The notes under the pieces: model-generated
The model's database searches: none
What the model was told of the DNA's origin: nothing
What the model saw: the letters and a program-made list of their open reading frames with translations, nothing else
Made by a program: the position numbers and the translations under genes
Source: Octopus sinensis
Lineage: Eukaryota
NCBI RefSeq assembly: GCF_006345805.1
Contig: NC_043001.1
Location: 23,250,001 to 23,314,000 of the forward strand
DNA length: 64,000 nt
Reading direction: 5' to 3'
Part shown: positions 1 to 13,508 of the stretch, piece after piece
Layout: each line of letters starts with the position of its first letter
Position numbering within the stretch: position 1 is the stretch's first letter

Positions 1-90
1 AAACTGACTCCTATACAGGCACAATGGTCTCGTGCCTATGATCAATTTTCAAGTGTGGATATGTTTGACTGTATATCGAGAAAGATCGAA

Positions 91-155
91 GACTTCCGGT
101 AAAAACACATGGCTATTCGTAATCTTAGTCATCTTACTATTAAATCATTAACCGG
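91..155 (+). promoter_or_regulatory. Candidate housekeeping promoter/first exon (ETS motif, ATG 109, donor 156)
   Basis: ACTTCCGGT at 92-100 in CpG-containing context; ATG 109 MAIRNLSHLTIKSLTG then gtgaat; no homology recognised. Confidence 0.3.
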
Positions 156-1014
156 GTGAATTTAATATATTTATTGTCAAAATCTAAGCCTCGGAGATTT
201 AACAACTTTGCTTTTTTTTTTCCTTATTATTATGTTAATATTTTATTTTTTTTTTAGCTGTGTGAAATTATAGCTCGTATGTATTTTTTAAGTCTACATA
301 CAGTTTTAATTTCGCTAACCCCCGCCCCAATAAAAAAAGTTCTTAAAGGGCACAACTACAAGTATCTTTACATCGATCAATTATCCATACTAACAAATGA
401 TATAACATGGGCAGTTCGATGACAAAAATTTTTATATATTGGGGAATGACTTTGCAACTTTATTCGTATATCAGGAAAATGCTGTCCATGAATCATTCAT
501 TAACAGGGAATGATAAAATAAAATAATAAAAAAGCAACGCATTTATTGACGATGTGATGGCTACCAGTGTGTGTGAGTGTGCGTGGTGTCCACTTTCACA
601 TATAGTTGCTATACAAAATAACAATGATCATTTCTAATAGATTCCGATAAAAGGGATGTAATATTGCCCCTTCAGAGCCTGCTTTCAGGGCCACTGTAAT
701 GATTTTGGATGAAAGTGTCCTTTCAAAATTCAAAGGGGCTGTGAACATTTTGGTTTTTTTTGGGGGTTTTTTTTTAATGTTTAGGGCAGGTACCTTTCAG
801 ATATTCCTGGCCCCATCTTTTGATCTCTGTGTCATAGACCAATGTACAGACAGAACCCCACTCATATAGCCCCTGAACATATTTTCATATATCTTTGTTG
901 AGAAATAGTCACTTTTTCTATACATCATATAATAGTTATCTTTCCTATATATATATATATATATATATACATACATACATACATACATACATACATACAC
1001 TCACATTTATATAT

Positions 1015-1050
<36 letters not shown>

Positions 1051-1630
1051 AATCCATTACTGTTAGTCCAACAAAATACATTTTGTTGGACTAATGATTA
1101 TGGATTAAATGTTAATTCACTCTCAAACTTATCTTTGATTTCTTTATTTCAAGTGGCTGGATATAGCTTCTTTGAACTTCTCACTCCCTAGAGTACACAC
1201 ACACACACACACACAAACACGTGTGTGTGTGTGTGTGTGTGTGGCAAGGAAGAACATCATCAATTATATCAACTTCAGTATTCAACTGTGACTTATTTTA
1301 TCAGTTCTGGAAGGATAAAAGGCAAGGTGGGCCAGACAGGATTTGAACTCAAAACATACACACAGAGGTAACTAAATATTGCCAAACATATTATTCAATG
1401 CTTCACTGATTCTGCTGCACTCTAATGATTATGCTTACCAAATGAAAGAACAGGTGCAATTTGAATCAATGACTTTATTTTATTCTAGCCATAAACCACA
1501 TTGCTAATAGAATTATCTTCTGTGAATGGATATTTATTGATGGTGTGGTGGAATTATTAGAGCTTTGAATAAAATAACTTGTACTTATTCCAATTCTGAG
1601 TTCACTCATAACAACACTAGAGCTTAATAT

Positions 1631-2340
1631 ATATTGGGTCATCCCATATTACAGTTTTTTATACTTCTTTATTTTTCAAAATTAAGATAAAAAAAGTTAT
1701 TTTTTAATCATAATACACTCTCTTTCATTTTCTACAATGCTCTTCCATCTAGACTTGCAAAGCCCCTCTTCCAAAATTCATTTGTCCATCATAAAAAATA
1801 CTCCTCTAGTACTATTCTGACCTCGTCTACAGAATTCATATTTTTTCCATCCAAATGATTTTGAAGACTGCGGAATAAATGATAATCAGATGGGGCAATG
1901 TCTGGCAAATATAGTGGGTGGGGCATCATTTCCCGTTCAAACTGCTCCAACCTTTGGAATGTCATCCTCGATGTATGTGGCCAAGCATTATCCTGTTGAA
2001 AGAACACCTTTTGTCTTGAAACCAAAGATGGTCGTTTTTCTTCTAGTGCTGACTTAAGCCATTCAAGCTGCTCACAGTAGATCACCCTTGTTATTGTTTG
2101 GTTTGGGTTTAAATGTTCAAAGTGGACTAAACCTTTCATATCACACCAAACAGATAACAACACCTTACATGGATGAATACCTTCTTTAACCTGGAGTGCC
2201 GGTGTTTCTCCTTTCCCTACCCACTGTCTTCAGCTCTTCACATTTTCATAGAGAACCCATTTCTCATCACCAGTCACTATTCTGTCCAAAAAAGGTTGAT
2301 TTGTGAGATGTGACAACAAAGAAGAGCAGACATTTACTCT
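1631..2340 (-). mobile_element. Mariner (DD34D) transposase remnant
   Basis: IVTGDEKWVLY, FQQDNAWPH, YLPDIAPSDYHLF; TIR remnant ttgggtcatccca at ~1634. Confidence 0.85.
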
Positions 2341-2679
2341 CTCTGTGCAATTAGACTTAGAAAGTTTGAGAGGAACCCAATGATCCAATTTGCTGACTTT
2401 TCTGATGGCATGCAGGTGTCGATGAATGGTTGAATGACTGTTCCTGTTGGAGTAGTGGAATCAAACCAAGAACCAATCATAAGTGAGGGGAGCTTTACAA
2501 TAAAGACTACTGAGCAACAACCAAGTTTATGCATTGCAAATACCCAATAACAACTGAAACTAATGCAAAAACTGGAGAACAAGAACCTGAAACCAAAAGA
2601 TAAGTGGAAGGCCTTTATCAGCAAAGGCAGAGTAATGGTCAATGGGATTGTCAAGGTGACTGGTGCTGATATCACATAA

Positions 2680-2890
2680 AATGTTTTCATGCTGATGTCA
2701 TGTAAAAAGTACTGGTGCACTAGTGCCATGTAAAAAGCACCCAGTACACTCTGTAAAGTGGTTGGTATTAGAAAAGGTATCCAGCTGTAAAAACCAAGCC
2801 AAAAACAGACTATGGAACCAGTCTGGAAAACAACATTAAATGATGATGATGATGGTGGTGGTGGTGGTGATGATGGTGATGATGATGACA
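2680..2890 (+). mobile_element. RTE tail copy
   Basis: gtgccatgtaaaaagcaccc...gaaaaggtatccagctg...aaatgatgatgat. Confidence 0.55.
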
Positions 2891-4621
2891 AACTGAAACT
2901 AATACAAAAACAGGAGAACAGGAAACCAAAACAAAAGGATAAGAGGAAGGCCTTTATTCAGAAAAGGGGGAGCAATGGTTGATGGAGTTGATAAATACCA
3001 AGAGCATAATGCAGTATGCGTAAGAGCACAAATTAAGCTGGTATGTTTACACTGTGCTATGTTGGATAAAGAAGAGTAGTGTGTGCTACTGTAATTACCA
3101 GATGCTGATTAATGAAAACTTGAAATTAAGTCATTTGATCACTGATTAATCTGTAATTACTATACACATGTACATGTCTTTAAGGTTAACATGAATATAT
3201 ATTCATATAAACTTACATCCACATAAATACCTATACACACACACATAAATACCTATACACACACACATATACATTTATATATATATATATATATATATGT
3301 ATGTCAAAATGCTAAGCTGCATTTGTTTGTCTTTGCATTCTGAGTTCAAATTCTGGTGAGGTTAACTTTGCCTTTCATCCCTTAGGTGTTGATTGAACAG
3401 GTACCAATTGAAAACTGGAGTCAATGTAATCAACTTATCCCCTTCCAAAAATTGCTGGCCCTGTGTCAAAATTTGAAACCAATATTTCATTAGTCCTAAT
3501 ATTCTGAGTTAAAAACTCCTTTTTAAAGTTTGAGAGAGAGAGAAACACATTGTGTCCATCAACCTTATATTGTGGGCCTCTATATTGATGGGGTTTATAC
3601 ATAAGTATGTATTGTATACATTTCTTGATTTTCCTCAAATCTGAGCAATTTGTGTGTGTGTGTGTGTGCGCGCGTGTGCATGGATGTGCATTTGTAGATG
3701 CATAAGGTAGATGAATGAATACTACCCTTTTAGTTGTCTATTATCTCTTCTTCCTTCTGGAAATTTTTACCCCCCATTTTACTAATGGGAACTTTACATT
3801 AAGAACAAACATTAAACCCACAACCATAAAACAAAGAAAAAAAATTAGGTTTAAATTTGAAACTACCATTCCCTAATTGTCTTACAGGACACTAGCATAA
3901 TGAATACATGTGTTAATAAAGCATCGAGTGTAGCAATTTATCTGATGATAGTGAATTCAATATATATGCAAGTCAAACAATATATACACTAGTTCAATTA
4001 GACCGGGCAAGTGATATCACAAATACTGAAATAACTGCCAGGCGGATATTGCTGGTATGGACAATGAATGAGAACAATCTCTCACCACGGATTTAATAAA
4101 AGCTTCATTTAAAAATTCCAAGAATTTTACTGAATACAACAGGTACTTGAAGAAGGCCAAACAGCACAATAACCTGCTGATGGCTTGCAAACCGGTGCCA
4201 GTCCACGGACCACCGCTTTGTGTAGCACTGCTCTAGTGATAATAAATGCATAAAACATAAGATCATATATTTGTAAGAACTTGTTTCATTTCTATTTGTA
4301 ACCTGGAGCAGCACCTGACCTTACCAGTTCTTGTCAAGCCATCCAACCCATATCAGCATGGAAAAGAGACATTAAATGAGGACGACAGCTTAAGAATCAG
4401 TGACTGAAACAAAGAGATTTGATTTGTAAAGTTGTGTTTATTTGTTTTTTTTTTCCTTCAGCTTCAAATAAATATTTATCTGTTTCACTGCTTTATTGTA
4501 TTGATGTTTGTCTTATGTTTTTCTTTTTCTTTTTGTAGTTTCTTAACCACAGAGATATGCTTGCACCAATAATAGTATGACTTGATCTCTCACTGGGTAG
4601 TCAGCAGTCTAAAGTAGTTAA

Positions 4622-4842
4622 CCCTTTCGTTACTGTATTTATTTTGAGATGCTCTGTGTTTCTTCCAATTATTTTAAATATAAGAAAGAATTTAGTAAAA
4701 TAACATTGTTATCATTGAGCTAGTGTTAGGAACATAAATTGTGACTAAGATTTGGTGGAAATTTTGAATTCAAAACTTATGGAAACAAGACATTTATACT
4801 AAAGAGCCAGAGCCGGTTTCAGCCGGGTTGGTAACAAAAGGG
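4622..4842. mobile_element. piggyBac-type MITE
   Basis: TTAA|CCCTTTCGTTAC...GTAACAAAAGGG|TTAA; sister copies at 50782-51001 and ~36212-36434. Confidence 0.8.
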
Positions 4843-4902
4843 TTAAATCATTTAAACAGATTTAACCAAATAAAGAGATCGTCTGTAAATGAAGTATTTT
4901 AA

Positions 4903-5506
4903 TCCTTTAGCATTTAAACCGGCCATATCCAGCCAAAAGTATTCTGCTTGTTTTATGGTCGAACTGGCCAGATCTGGTCTCTCACACCAACCCTACAATA
5001 TTGTTTTAAAAATTAACAGCTACCTCATCAAAATCTCATAGCTACAAGATAATGCATGATTAATTCAAAACAATTACTCTTTTTCTCTTTTACTCTTTTA
5101 CTTGTTTCAGTCATTTGACTGCGGCCATGCTGGAGCACCGCCTTTAGTCGAGCAAATCGACCCTGGGACTTATTCTTTTGTAAGCCCAGTACTTATTCTA
5201 TCGGTCTCTTTTGCCGAACCGCTAAGTGACGGGGATGTAAACATACCAGCATCGGTTGTCAAGCAATGCTAGAGGGACAAACACAGACACACAAACATAT
5301 ACACACACATACATACATATATATACTTATATACGACAGGCTTCTTTCAGTTTCCATCAACCAAATCCACTCACAAGGCTTTGGTCGGCCCGAGGCTATA
5401 GCAGAAGACACTTGCCCAAGATGCCACGCAGTGGGACTGAACCCGGAACCATGTGGTTGGTTAGCAAAAGGATTAATTTTGGCAGAATAATGCGAATACT
5501 AAAGGG
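4903..5506. mobile_element. Second piggyBac-type MITE containing a SINE
   Basis: TTAA|tcctttagcatt ... aatactaaaggg|TTAA. Confidence 0.65.
5074..5468 (-). mobile_element. tRNA-derived CORE-type SINE (family A), nested in a piggyBac-type MITE
   Basis: Family consensus: ggcaagtgtcttctactatagcctcgggccgaccaaagcc core, (TA/CA)n middle, gactgaaacaagtaaaagag tail. Confidence 0.85.
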
Positions 5507-6202
5507 TTAATATTCAAGCAAAAGTTATAGTTGTTTGAATCACAGCCAATGAAACTTATACTTATTTTACCAGTCCCAAGAGGATAAAGAGCAATGTCAA
5601 TGCCTTAGAATTTTAATATGAATGGAAAGGGACAGAACTAAATATTGTTAGACATTTAGTCTATGCTCTATATTTATACCACTCAACTGCCCCTCATCAG
5701 TAAAAAATATAATAATGTCCTTAAAACATCGCAATGAGCATCATAGAAATATAGTAAAAAAAATTAAATAACAAGCATAAGAGTGAAAAAGAGGAAGCTG
5801 TTGAGAAATGTGGTACTTAGATTTCCTTTAAATATTAGAAAACTGAAGTGTTACGAAGCTCATAATGAGTTGTTGTTAATGTTGACTGAGAAGGGTATTC
5901 ATTGATAACTTCCCTCTCCTCAAGCTAACATGGACAGAGTGGGAGGACGGCAGAAAGAAACAGTCTTGTCCAATGTTCACACACCATTATATATGATATT
6001 TTCTTTCAATTTTATTCTCACTTCATATAGAAACCAATTATGGTGAATAGTCAACTTGTACAAACACATTTACAGTGTTTATTCTATTTAGATGATACCA
6101 GAGAGTGTAAAGAACTAATTTAGCTGTTGGGAGTTGAATTAGTCAGACCAACTTCAAGAGATGTTAAATTTGTTTTTCTTTGATTTCTTTACTAACATAA
6201 AG

Positions 6203-6290
6203 TATCATTGGATTGATTTCATGCCCGAGCTTCAAATTTATAGGAGGAACATCATACGCTGGGATATTCATGTCTTTCTTAAACACATTA
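6203..6290 (+). CDS. Candidate internal exon, unknown product
   Basis: TACTAAC branch point, AG acceptor, gtaagt donor; open as IIGLISCPSFKFIGGTSYAGIFMSFLNTL, phase-compatible with the exon at 109-155. Confidence 0.3.
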
Positions 6291-7465
6291 GTAAGTTAAG
6301 CTAAAAGTTCTCCAACTAAATTGAAACTTAATGTAATCATTTTAGCAATTAAATATAGGGATTTCTTTTTATCTCAGCATAACACTAATTTCTGAAAGGA
6401 TGAGGGCATAATTTATTAGATTAATGAAAATATATATTTCAATTACTTTATCAAACCATCCATGAGAGGTGAAAAGCAAAATTAATCCTTGGTTCATTTG
6501 AATCCAGAATGTAAAAAGATAAAAGTAAATATGGTTAAGCTATTTCTACTATTTTGCCTAATTCCCAGCCCTAATTTTTTTTTTTTTTTACTCAGATACA
6601 AAACATATATTTATTGAATAAACACGATGTTATGATATTTATGCTTTTCCAGAAAGATTATTAGTAAAAGTAAAGTGAAATAGGAGAAAAAACTACTAGT
6701 TTTAAATCTCTGATTGAGATCTATATAGTAACAGTATTGAATAGTAAAGTTTATTTGCCAACATAACATGGCAGTCCTGAATAGGACTATGTTACTACTT
6801 TTGAACCCCAGGAAAATACCTTTTCAAGCCAGTTTATCGACACATGATCAGTGTCCAAGACATACTGTAAGTAAGGGGCCTACTACTCCCTTCTAGTCAT
6901 TGGCAGTACCAGCAGACCAATGGTTTCTGGATAATTTCCCTTAATTGGAAAACTTTACCAAAATGAAATAACTTCAATCAAAATCAGAATTCACTTGCAG
7001 TCTAGCTTCCTTGCTATTTACTCCTAGTCTTATGGAACTCAAAGTATTGCTTGAATTCATTATTGAAACGGATAATTTTTTCAGGCATCAACAATCATGA
7101 ATTTCCATACCGAGATCTGAACATTCACAACTTTCCTTTCGAAACAAATACCAGTGGGTTCCTGTTACCTTTTGTTAGTTTATTTACAATTAACACTGCT
7201 AGTTGCCTGCTCTCTTGAGCGTACCCCTCAAGCATAAGGCTATGTAATGATTAAGCAGAGGGATTGACCCACAAGACATGAACGTGTGTCCACACCCTAG
7301 TGGACCCAAACAACACATATCTAGGAGCCAGCTCCCTTCCAGGTCATATTTACCTAGCCAGAGGATTAGCTTCTGCTATTTGGTCCATTAACTGAAGCTC
7401 TTGGTAGGTACTATAACCTCAGCCCAGAGCAAACTTGGGAGAAGTGGTAATTGATTTATAACAAT

Positions 7466-7667
7466 TCTTTTACTTGTTTCAGTCATTTGGCTGTGGCCAT
7501 GCTGGAGCACCGCCTTTAGTCGAATCAAATCAACCCCCAGAACTTATTCTTTGTAAGCCTGTTACTTATTCTATCGGTTTCTTTTGCCAAACCGCTAAGT
7601 TACGGGGACCTAAACACACCAGCATTGGTTGTCAAGTGATGTTGGGGGAGACAAGCACAGATGCACA

Positions 7668-7708
<41 letters not shown>

Positions 7709-7735
7709 CGATGGGCTTCTTTCAGTTTCCATCTA
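7466..7735 (-). mobile_element. SINE family A, 3' half
   Basis: Same tail and middle as the other family A copies. Confidence 0.8.
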
Positions 7736-8699
7736 CAACATTGGAAAAAAAAACTGCCAGTACGCCACATCAGACAGTTTGAGAAGCACTAGTCCAGAGT
7801 ATTAAGGACATGAAACTCAGAGTTGTGATTTGTAAAGTTTCAGTTTCAAATACATACCACATTCACACTCACACACACATAAATGTATGTATGCATATAG
7901 CTGAACTCCTGGTATGGAGCCTCACAACCAGATTCAGTTTGTCTTGCCCAGGACTATACTTAAACATCTGCTTTCAAAGTATGATTTAATCCAAAGAAGA
8001 AATTGATCTAAAGTGTAAAATAAAAAAAGCGAAAAAACTTCTCAAAATTCTTTTTCGTAACATAATCAAACTTATAAAGGACCATTAGCATTCTCTGCCC
8101 ATGGTGCCCCACAGTATAATCAGATTGATGAAATAGATGTTCTCCCTACTTACTAGCTCCACAAACATGCTTGACTGAAGAGGTGTAATAAGACCAAAAC
8201 AAGTTCAAAATTGACACCATACTTACCAAAGATCATATTCAATCCCCACTGCATATCTTTGCTAAATTTTTAGCCAATTTAAATTTCAATTCTCTCCTTT
8301 GTTCTTTTGCAATGAATTCTAATTAATGTTGAAGACTTTTCTCCTTCTTATGCATATAATTTCAAATGATTAAAATTTTCTTTTTGGCTCACTAAATTAT
8401 ATTAACCTGCACTTAACTATTTTAAACATTAATTAAGCTAGTGTTGACATATCTAATGCAAGAGCATCAAGTAGCTAATTAAAAATAAATACGTAGTGAG
8501 GAAAAACGAATATTAGTCATCGACTGATGTTCAAGGTTCCATTTCTGTTATCTTTCATTCCATTCAAATGCACAGACACTGTCAAAAATTATCTGTATAC
8601 ATGTGTGCCATTTACATTTAATGCATGCATGTGTGTGTGTGTGTGTGTGTGTGTGTAATTGAGGATTTAATGTTTTTTTTTTCTTTTTTATTATTGTAA

Positions 8700-9190
8700 T
8701 TCTCTAAGTCTACAAACACTACTTGTTCACTGAGCAACGTAACTGACGTCACAGATAATATATGTGAGCCACATTAAGCCTATGTAAAATACATCGTTCT
8801 ACCAATAAATTGCTTCCAATGTGAATTCTGATCATCTTCTTTCTCTTCCTTTTCCTTTTCTAAATGTAACCATTCTGTCACTAATTACAATGTACTGCTA
8901 CAAAAAGTATATTTCCATATATACAATCCTTAAGCCTGTAACCTATTACATTGGAAGATCGTAAAAGTTATTTCATGTATGGCTTAAAGAAATCTCATTC
9001 TAATGGAAATATGACCCCCCTATCCCCACCCCCACCAATGTATTTACTTTCCCTCATCTCTCCCTGTCACTTTTACTGTGTTATTTCACTGACCTCAAAA
9101 TTAGCTACTTGCACTGCCTTTCCTTTTCTTCCTTCCCAAGACTACAACGCCAAAGGAAATCACTTCCAGTCCAAGTGTTCTTTTTAGGTT
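8700..9190. repeat. Unclassified ~500-bp interspersed repeat (second copy 11820-12320)
   Basis: Collinear similarity between the two segments. Confidence 0.55.
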
Positions 9191-9605
9191 TTGACAGGTA
9201 GCATTTAAGTTTAGCAATGATTTTTCTAAAATTGGCACAAGAGGACAATGGAATTGCAGAAGGTGATGAAACTGTATGACATTAGTAATATAAGCAATTA
9301 ATCAATTTTTACCAGGGTATCATCATTTTAAGGCTGATAAAATATGTACTAATTGAACACTGGGGTTGATGTAATTGACTTAACTACTCCTGGGTAAGAG
9401 TATAAAATCAGCACCCTTCTGCCAAGCTATGTCTAGCCGGTGTGGCAGAGAAGGCTCATCAAACTAGTATGGTCTCAAGCTCAAATTCATGGCCACCACA
9501 TTAGACTGTGGTTGGTGGAGAGAACATGCTGAGGTCCTCGTCTTGAAGTGGACTGAATATGAGCAATCAAATCCAATCCAAACCTAAGTCAAGTCTTGGA
9601 CACTT

Positions 9606-10017
9606 ATTTCTTTATTGCCCACAAGGGGCTAAACATAGAGGGGACAAACAAGGACAGACAAAGGGATTAAGTCAATTACATCAACCCCAGTGCATAACTG
9701 GTACTTAATCCCTGAAAGGATGAAAGGCAAAGTCAACCTTGGCGGAATTTGAACTCAAAACGTAATGGCAGACGAAATACCTATTTCTTTACTACCCACA
9801 AGGGGTTAAACACAGAGAGGACAAACAAGAACAGACAAAGGGATTAAGTCAATTACATCGACCCTAGTGCGTAACTGGTACTTATTTAATCGACCCCGAA
9901 AGGATGAAAGGCAAAGTCGATCTCGGCGGAATTTGAACTCAGAACGTAAAGGCAGATGAAATACCACTAAGCATTTTGCTGGCATGCTAATGTTTCTGCC
10001 AGCTCGCCGCCTTACTG
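9606..10017 (-). mobile_element. Head-to-tail dimer of SINE family B (Meta-domain-like)
   Basis: ggcggcgagctggcagaaac head; gtcgactttgcctttcatcctttcggggtcgat central domain; one 16-bp TSD caagtcttggacactt (9590-9605 and 10018-10033). Confidence 0.85.
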
Positions 10018-10257
10018 CAAGTCTTGGACACTTGCAATAACATTTGCAATAATCTCCTTTAACTACCCTGAGCAGCAAACTACATTTTGAGTACTTATTC
10101 TCTTGAATGTAGATTTTTTACACTTTATTGCTAATGTTTATTTTTTTTTCACAATACACATAGTCTTTGGATTTTCATCAACAAAAAATTTTTTTATATT
10201 TTTCAAACGAGATAAAAGTCTTCAAAAAAAAAAAGGAATCTAAACTCAATACATTAA

Positions 10258-10440
10258 ACATCATCATTAAATGTCTATCATTTCATGCTTGCATGAGTCA
10301 GATGGAATTTTGTTGAGGCAGATCTACAGCCGGATGCCTTTCCTGTCACCAACCTTCACCTGTTTCCAAGTAAGGTAATTTTTTCTGTGGCCAGACATGT
10401 TTTCCCATGGAAGACTGGAAACAAACAACATCGTATATAC
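10258..10440 (-). mobile_element. RTE-tail-related repeat (subfamily also at 12580-12760, 42485-42720, 59375-59560)
   Basis: catcattaaatgtc...ttgttgaggcagat...gatgcctttcctgtcaccaaccttcacctgtttccaag. Confidence 0.5.
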
Positions 10441-10714
10441 TGGGATCAATTTGGTCGACTAAGAATTCTTCAAACCAGTGCCCCAGCATGGCCACAGTCT
10501 AATGACCAAAACAAGTAAAAAATAAAAGAGTATAAAAGCATTTTTATTTGTGTGTGTGCATGTGCGTGTGTGTATGTGTGTGTGAGTGTGTGAAAGAGAG
10601 AGAGAAGAGTAGCTTGCGGCCTACCCATCGTTTTGGATAATTACTATTTCCAAGGTTCTGCTAGTTATGAAACATATGTAGCCTGGATTTTATCGACTCT
10701 ATTCCCTAATTTTT

Positions 10715-10796
<82 letters not shown>

Positions 10797-10800
<4 letters not shown>

Positions 10801-11068
10801 TAGTTGTATACTGTCAACTTAATGTGACAGTCCCATGAAGGGAATCACACCACTGCTATTTAGCCCTAGGAAGCATCAACACTTCCTGTCGGCCTTGACA
10901 CATTTAGGCTTAGCTGGGTGGGGGTGCTTGTCTCCCCCTTGTAAACATAAGGACACAGGAAATGTGTCAAGGCTGACAGGAAGCGTTGATGCTTCCTAGG
11001 GCTAAATAGCAGTGGTGTGATTCCCTTCATAGAACTGTCACATTAAGTTGACAGTATACAACTACTCT
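10797..11068. mobile_element. Foldback MITE with 109-bp arms
   Basis: 10797-10905 is the near-perfect reverse complement of 10960-11068; (TA)n(GA)n at the left end. Confidence 0.8.
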
Positions 11069-11144
11069 ATCGTACCACTACTGCTTATATCTCTCTGAGA
11101 TATTTAGAAATGTAATATTTATATATATATATATATATATATAT

Positions 11145-11470
11145 AAGAGGAGGAGACCCCCTTTAGTCATGAATGACCATGGGATTGCACCTAGAAAGTT
11201 ACCCAGCCAGGCACAAGTCTGGGCAAAGTTGTTTTTATAGAAGACCAGCAGTCGCCCATGCATACCAGCCTCCCTTCTCCACACCACTGATGTTATCCAA
11301 GGGAAAGGTAAAGGCCGATACAACTTGGCACTAGTGATGTCGCAACTCATTTCTACAGATGAGTTAACTGGAGCAACATGAAATAAAGTGTCTTGCTCAA
11401 GAACACAACACACAGCCTGGTCCAGGAATCAAACTCACAACTTCAGGATCGTAAGCTCAATGTGCCTCCA
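11145..11470 (-). mobile_element. tRNA-derived SINE family C (Deu/Nin-domain-like)
   Basis: gttcttgagcaagacactttatttcatgttgctccagttaactcatctgtagaaatgag...; shared with 45810-46135. Confidence 0.75.
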
Positions 11471-12856
11471 CACACACACACATACATATATATATTATAA
11501 AGCAGTTGCAAATCTCCAAATCATAATCCAGTTTCTGATTAAGAAAAATAGTTTGTTTTTTTCTCCTTTTTGCAGATTCTGAATTTCTGAAAACTAAGCA
11601 AAAATTTAAAGAAATCTAAGTATTAAAAATAAAAGGAAGGAAAAAAAATCAGGAAAATTAATTGAGAGGTCGTGATTAAAAATTTTCACGCTTAACAAGT
11701 TAGGGGCAAATCTTCAAGGTTCCATTCGTTCAAACGTACCCGCACTGAAAAAATTTTGTGTGAACCACTGACGTTTATGGCTTGTGTGAGTGATTTGTTT
11801 AGAATTTAAGGAGGGGACCTGTATTCTGTAAGTCAACAAACACTTGTTCATTGCATAACATTGCTGACATCACAGCTAATATATGTGGCCCATACTATGT
11901 TTATGAAATATAGCATTGCTCTACCGATATATTGCTGCCAGTGTAAATTCTAATATTACATTTGTTTTCCTTTCATAATTCTTTTTTTTTCTTTCTCGTT
12001 TATACTTCTAAACATAACCATTCTGTCAATAGTTACTACAGAAGTATATGCCATATACACAGTCTTAAAATTTATGCCTCTCATTTCATTGGGAAGAGGC
12101 TCATAAAAGTGAATCCTTGTGTAGCTTGGTTTGAAGATATTCTTCTTTTATAGGATATAAAATTCCACTCTAATTGATGCACTTACTTTACCTCAGCTCT
12201 TCCTGTCATTTTTACTGTGTCATCTTCTTGACCTTGAAAGTAACAATTTGCACTGTCTTTCCTTTCCTTTCTTTTAACCACTACAACCTACAGGCACTTT
12301 CTGTTGAAGTGTTTTTCTCAGTTTTTTAAACACTGATTGCTTACATTAACAGGAAGCACCGTTAGTGTTATAAGCAGTGAATTTATTTCCATTAGGTGCA
12401 AGAATAGCTGTGTAGTTAAGAAGTTTGCTTCCTGCCCACATGGCTTCAGGTTCAGTTCCACTGCATGGCACTACTATAGCCCTGGGCCAACTAAAGCCTT
12501 GCAAGTGGATCTTGTACACATAAACTGAAAAAGGACCACTAAGAGAGAGAGAGAGAGAGAGAATGAATGTGTGTGTGTGATCATCATCATCATCATCATT
12601 TTAATGTCTACTTTTCCATGAATTGGACGGAGTTAAATACGACAGATTTTCTATGGTGAGATGCTGTTCCTGTCACCAACCCTCATCATTTTTCAAGCAA
12701 GGAAATATTACCTCATTGTCAGACATGCTTTTGCAGAATATTGGAAACTAGCTGAAAAGCCACCTGATAGGGCAGCTTTTAAGCTAGCTCCTGTGGAGGG
12801 CTCTTCATTGGGCCTTGGCCCAAAAATGACACTTCATGCACTGAGTACATATTAAA

Positions 12857-13013
12857 GGCGCAGGAGTGGCTGTGTGGTAAGTAGCTTGCTTACCAACCAC
12901 ATTATTCCAGGTTCAGTCCCACTACATGGCACCTTGGGCAAATGTCTTCTACTATAGCCTCGGGCTGACCAAAGCCTTGTGAATGGATTTGGTAGACAGA
13001 AACTGAAAGAAGC

Positions 13014-13060
<47 letters not shown>

Positions 13061-13263
13061 ATATGTTTGTGTGTCTGTGTTTGTCCCCCCAACATTGCTT
13101 GACAACCGATGCTGGTGTGTTTACGCCCCCGTAACTTAGCGGTTTGGCAAAAGAGATCAAAAGAATAAGTACTAGGCTTACAAGAATAAGTCCTGGGGTT
13201 GATTTGCTTGACTAAAGGCATGGCCACAGTCAAATGACTGAAACAAGTAAAAGAGTAAAAGAG
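12857..13263 (+). mobile_element. SINE family A, full length (partial copy at 12394-12540)
   Basis: Head ggcgcaggagtggctgtgtggtaagtagcttgc with A/B boxes; complete tail. Confidence 0.85.
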
Positions 13264-13428
13264 TTGACCAATATTTTTCAAGCAATGTACAATTTTCATC
13301 AAAACAGTGATATAATTTGTCAACTTGGAACTTATTGAAAAGCTGCATGATAAACAACATGGATCTTTTCAATCTCAATATTTTTTGTTTTCCCATTCAG
13401 GGGTCAGTACAATTTTATTTTTATCTAA

Positions 13429-13431
<3 letters not shown>

Positions 13432-13508
<77 letters not shown>

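Noticed and set aside
2203-2233. CTGAAGA...GAAAC on the minus strand
   Set aside because: No stem II complementarity; lies inside mariner coding sequence.
12857-12935. tRNA-like heads of SINEs as tRNA genes
   Set aside because: They continue directly into SINE core and tail and lack complete cloverleaf/acceptor stems.
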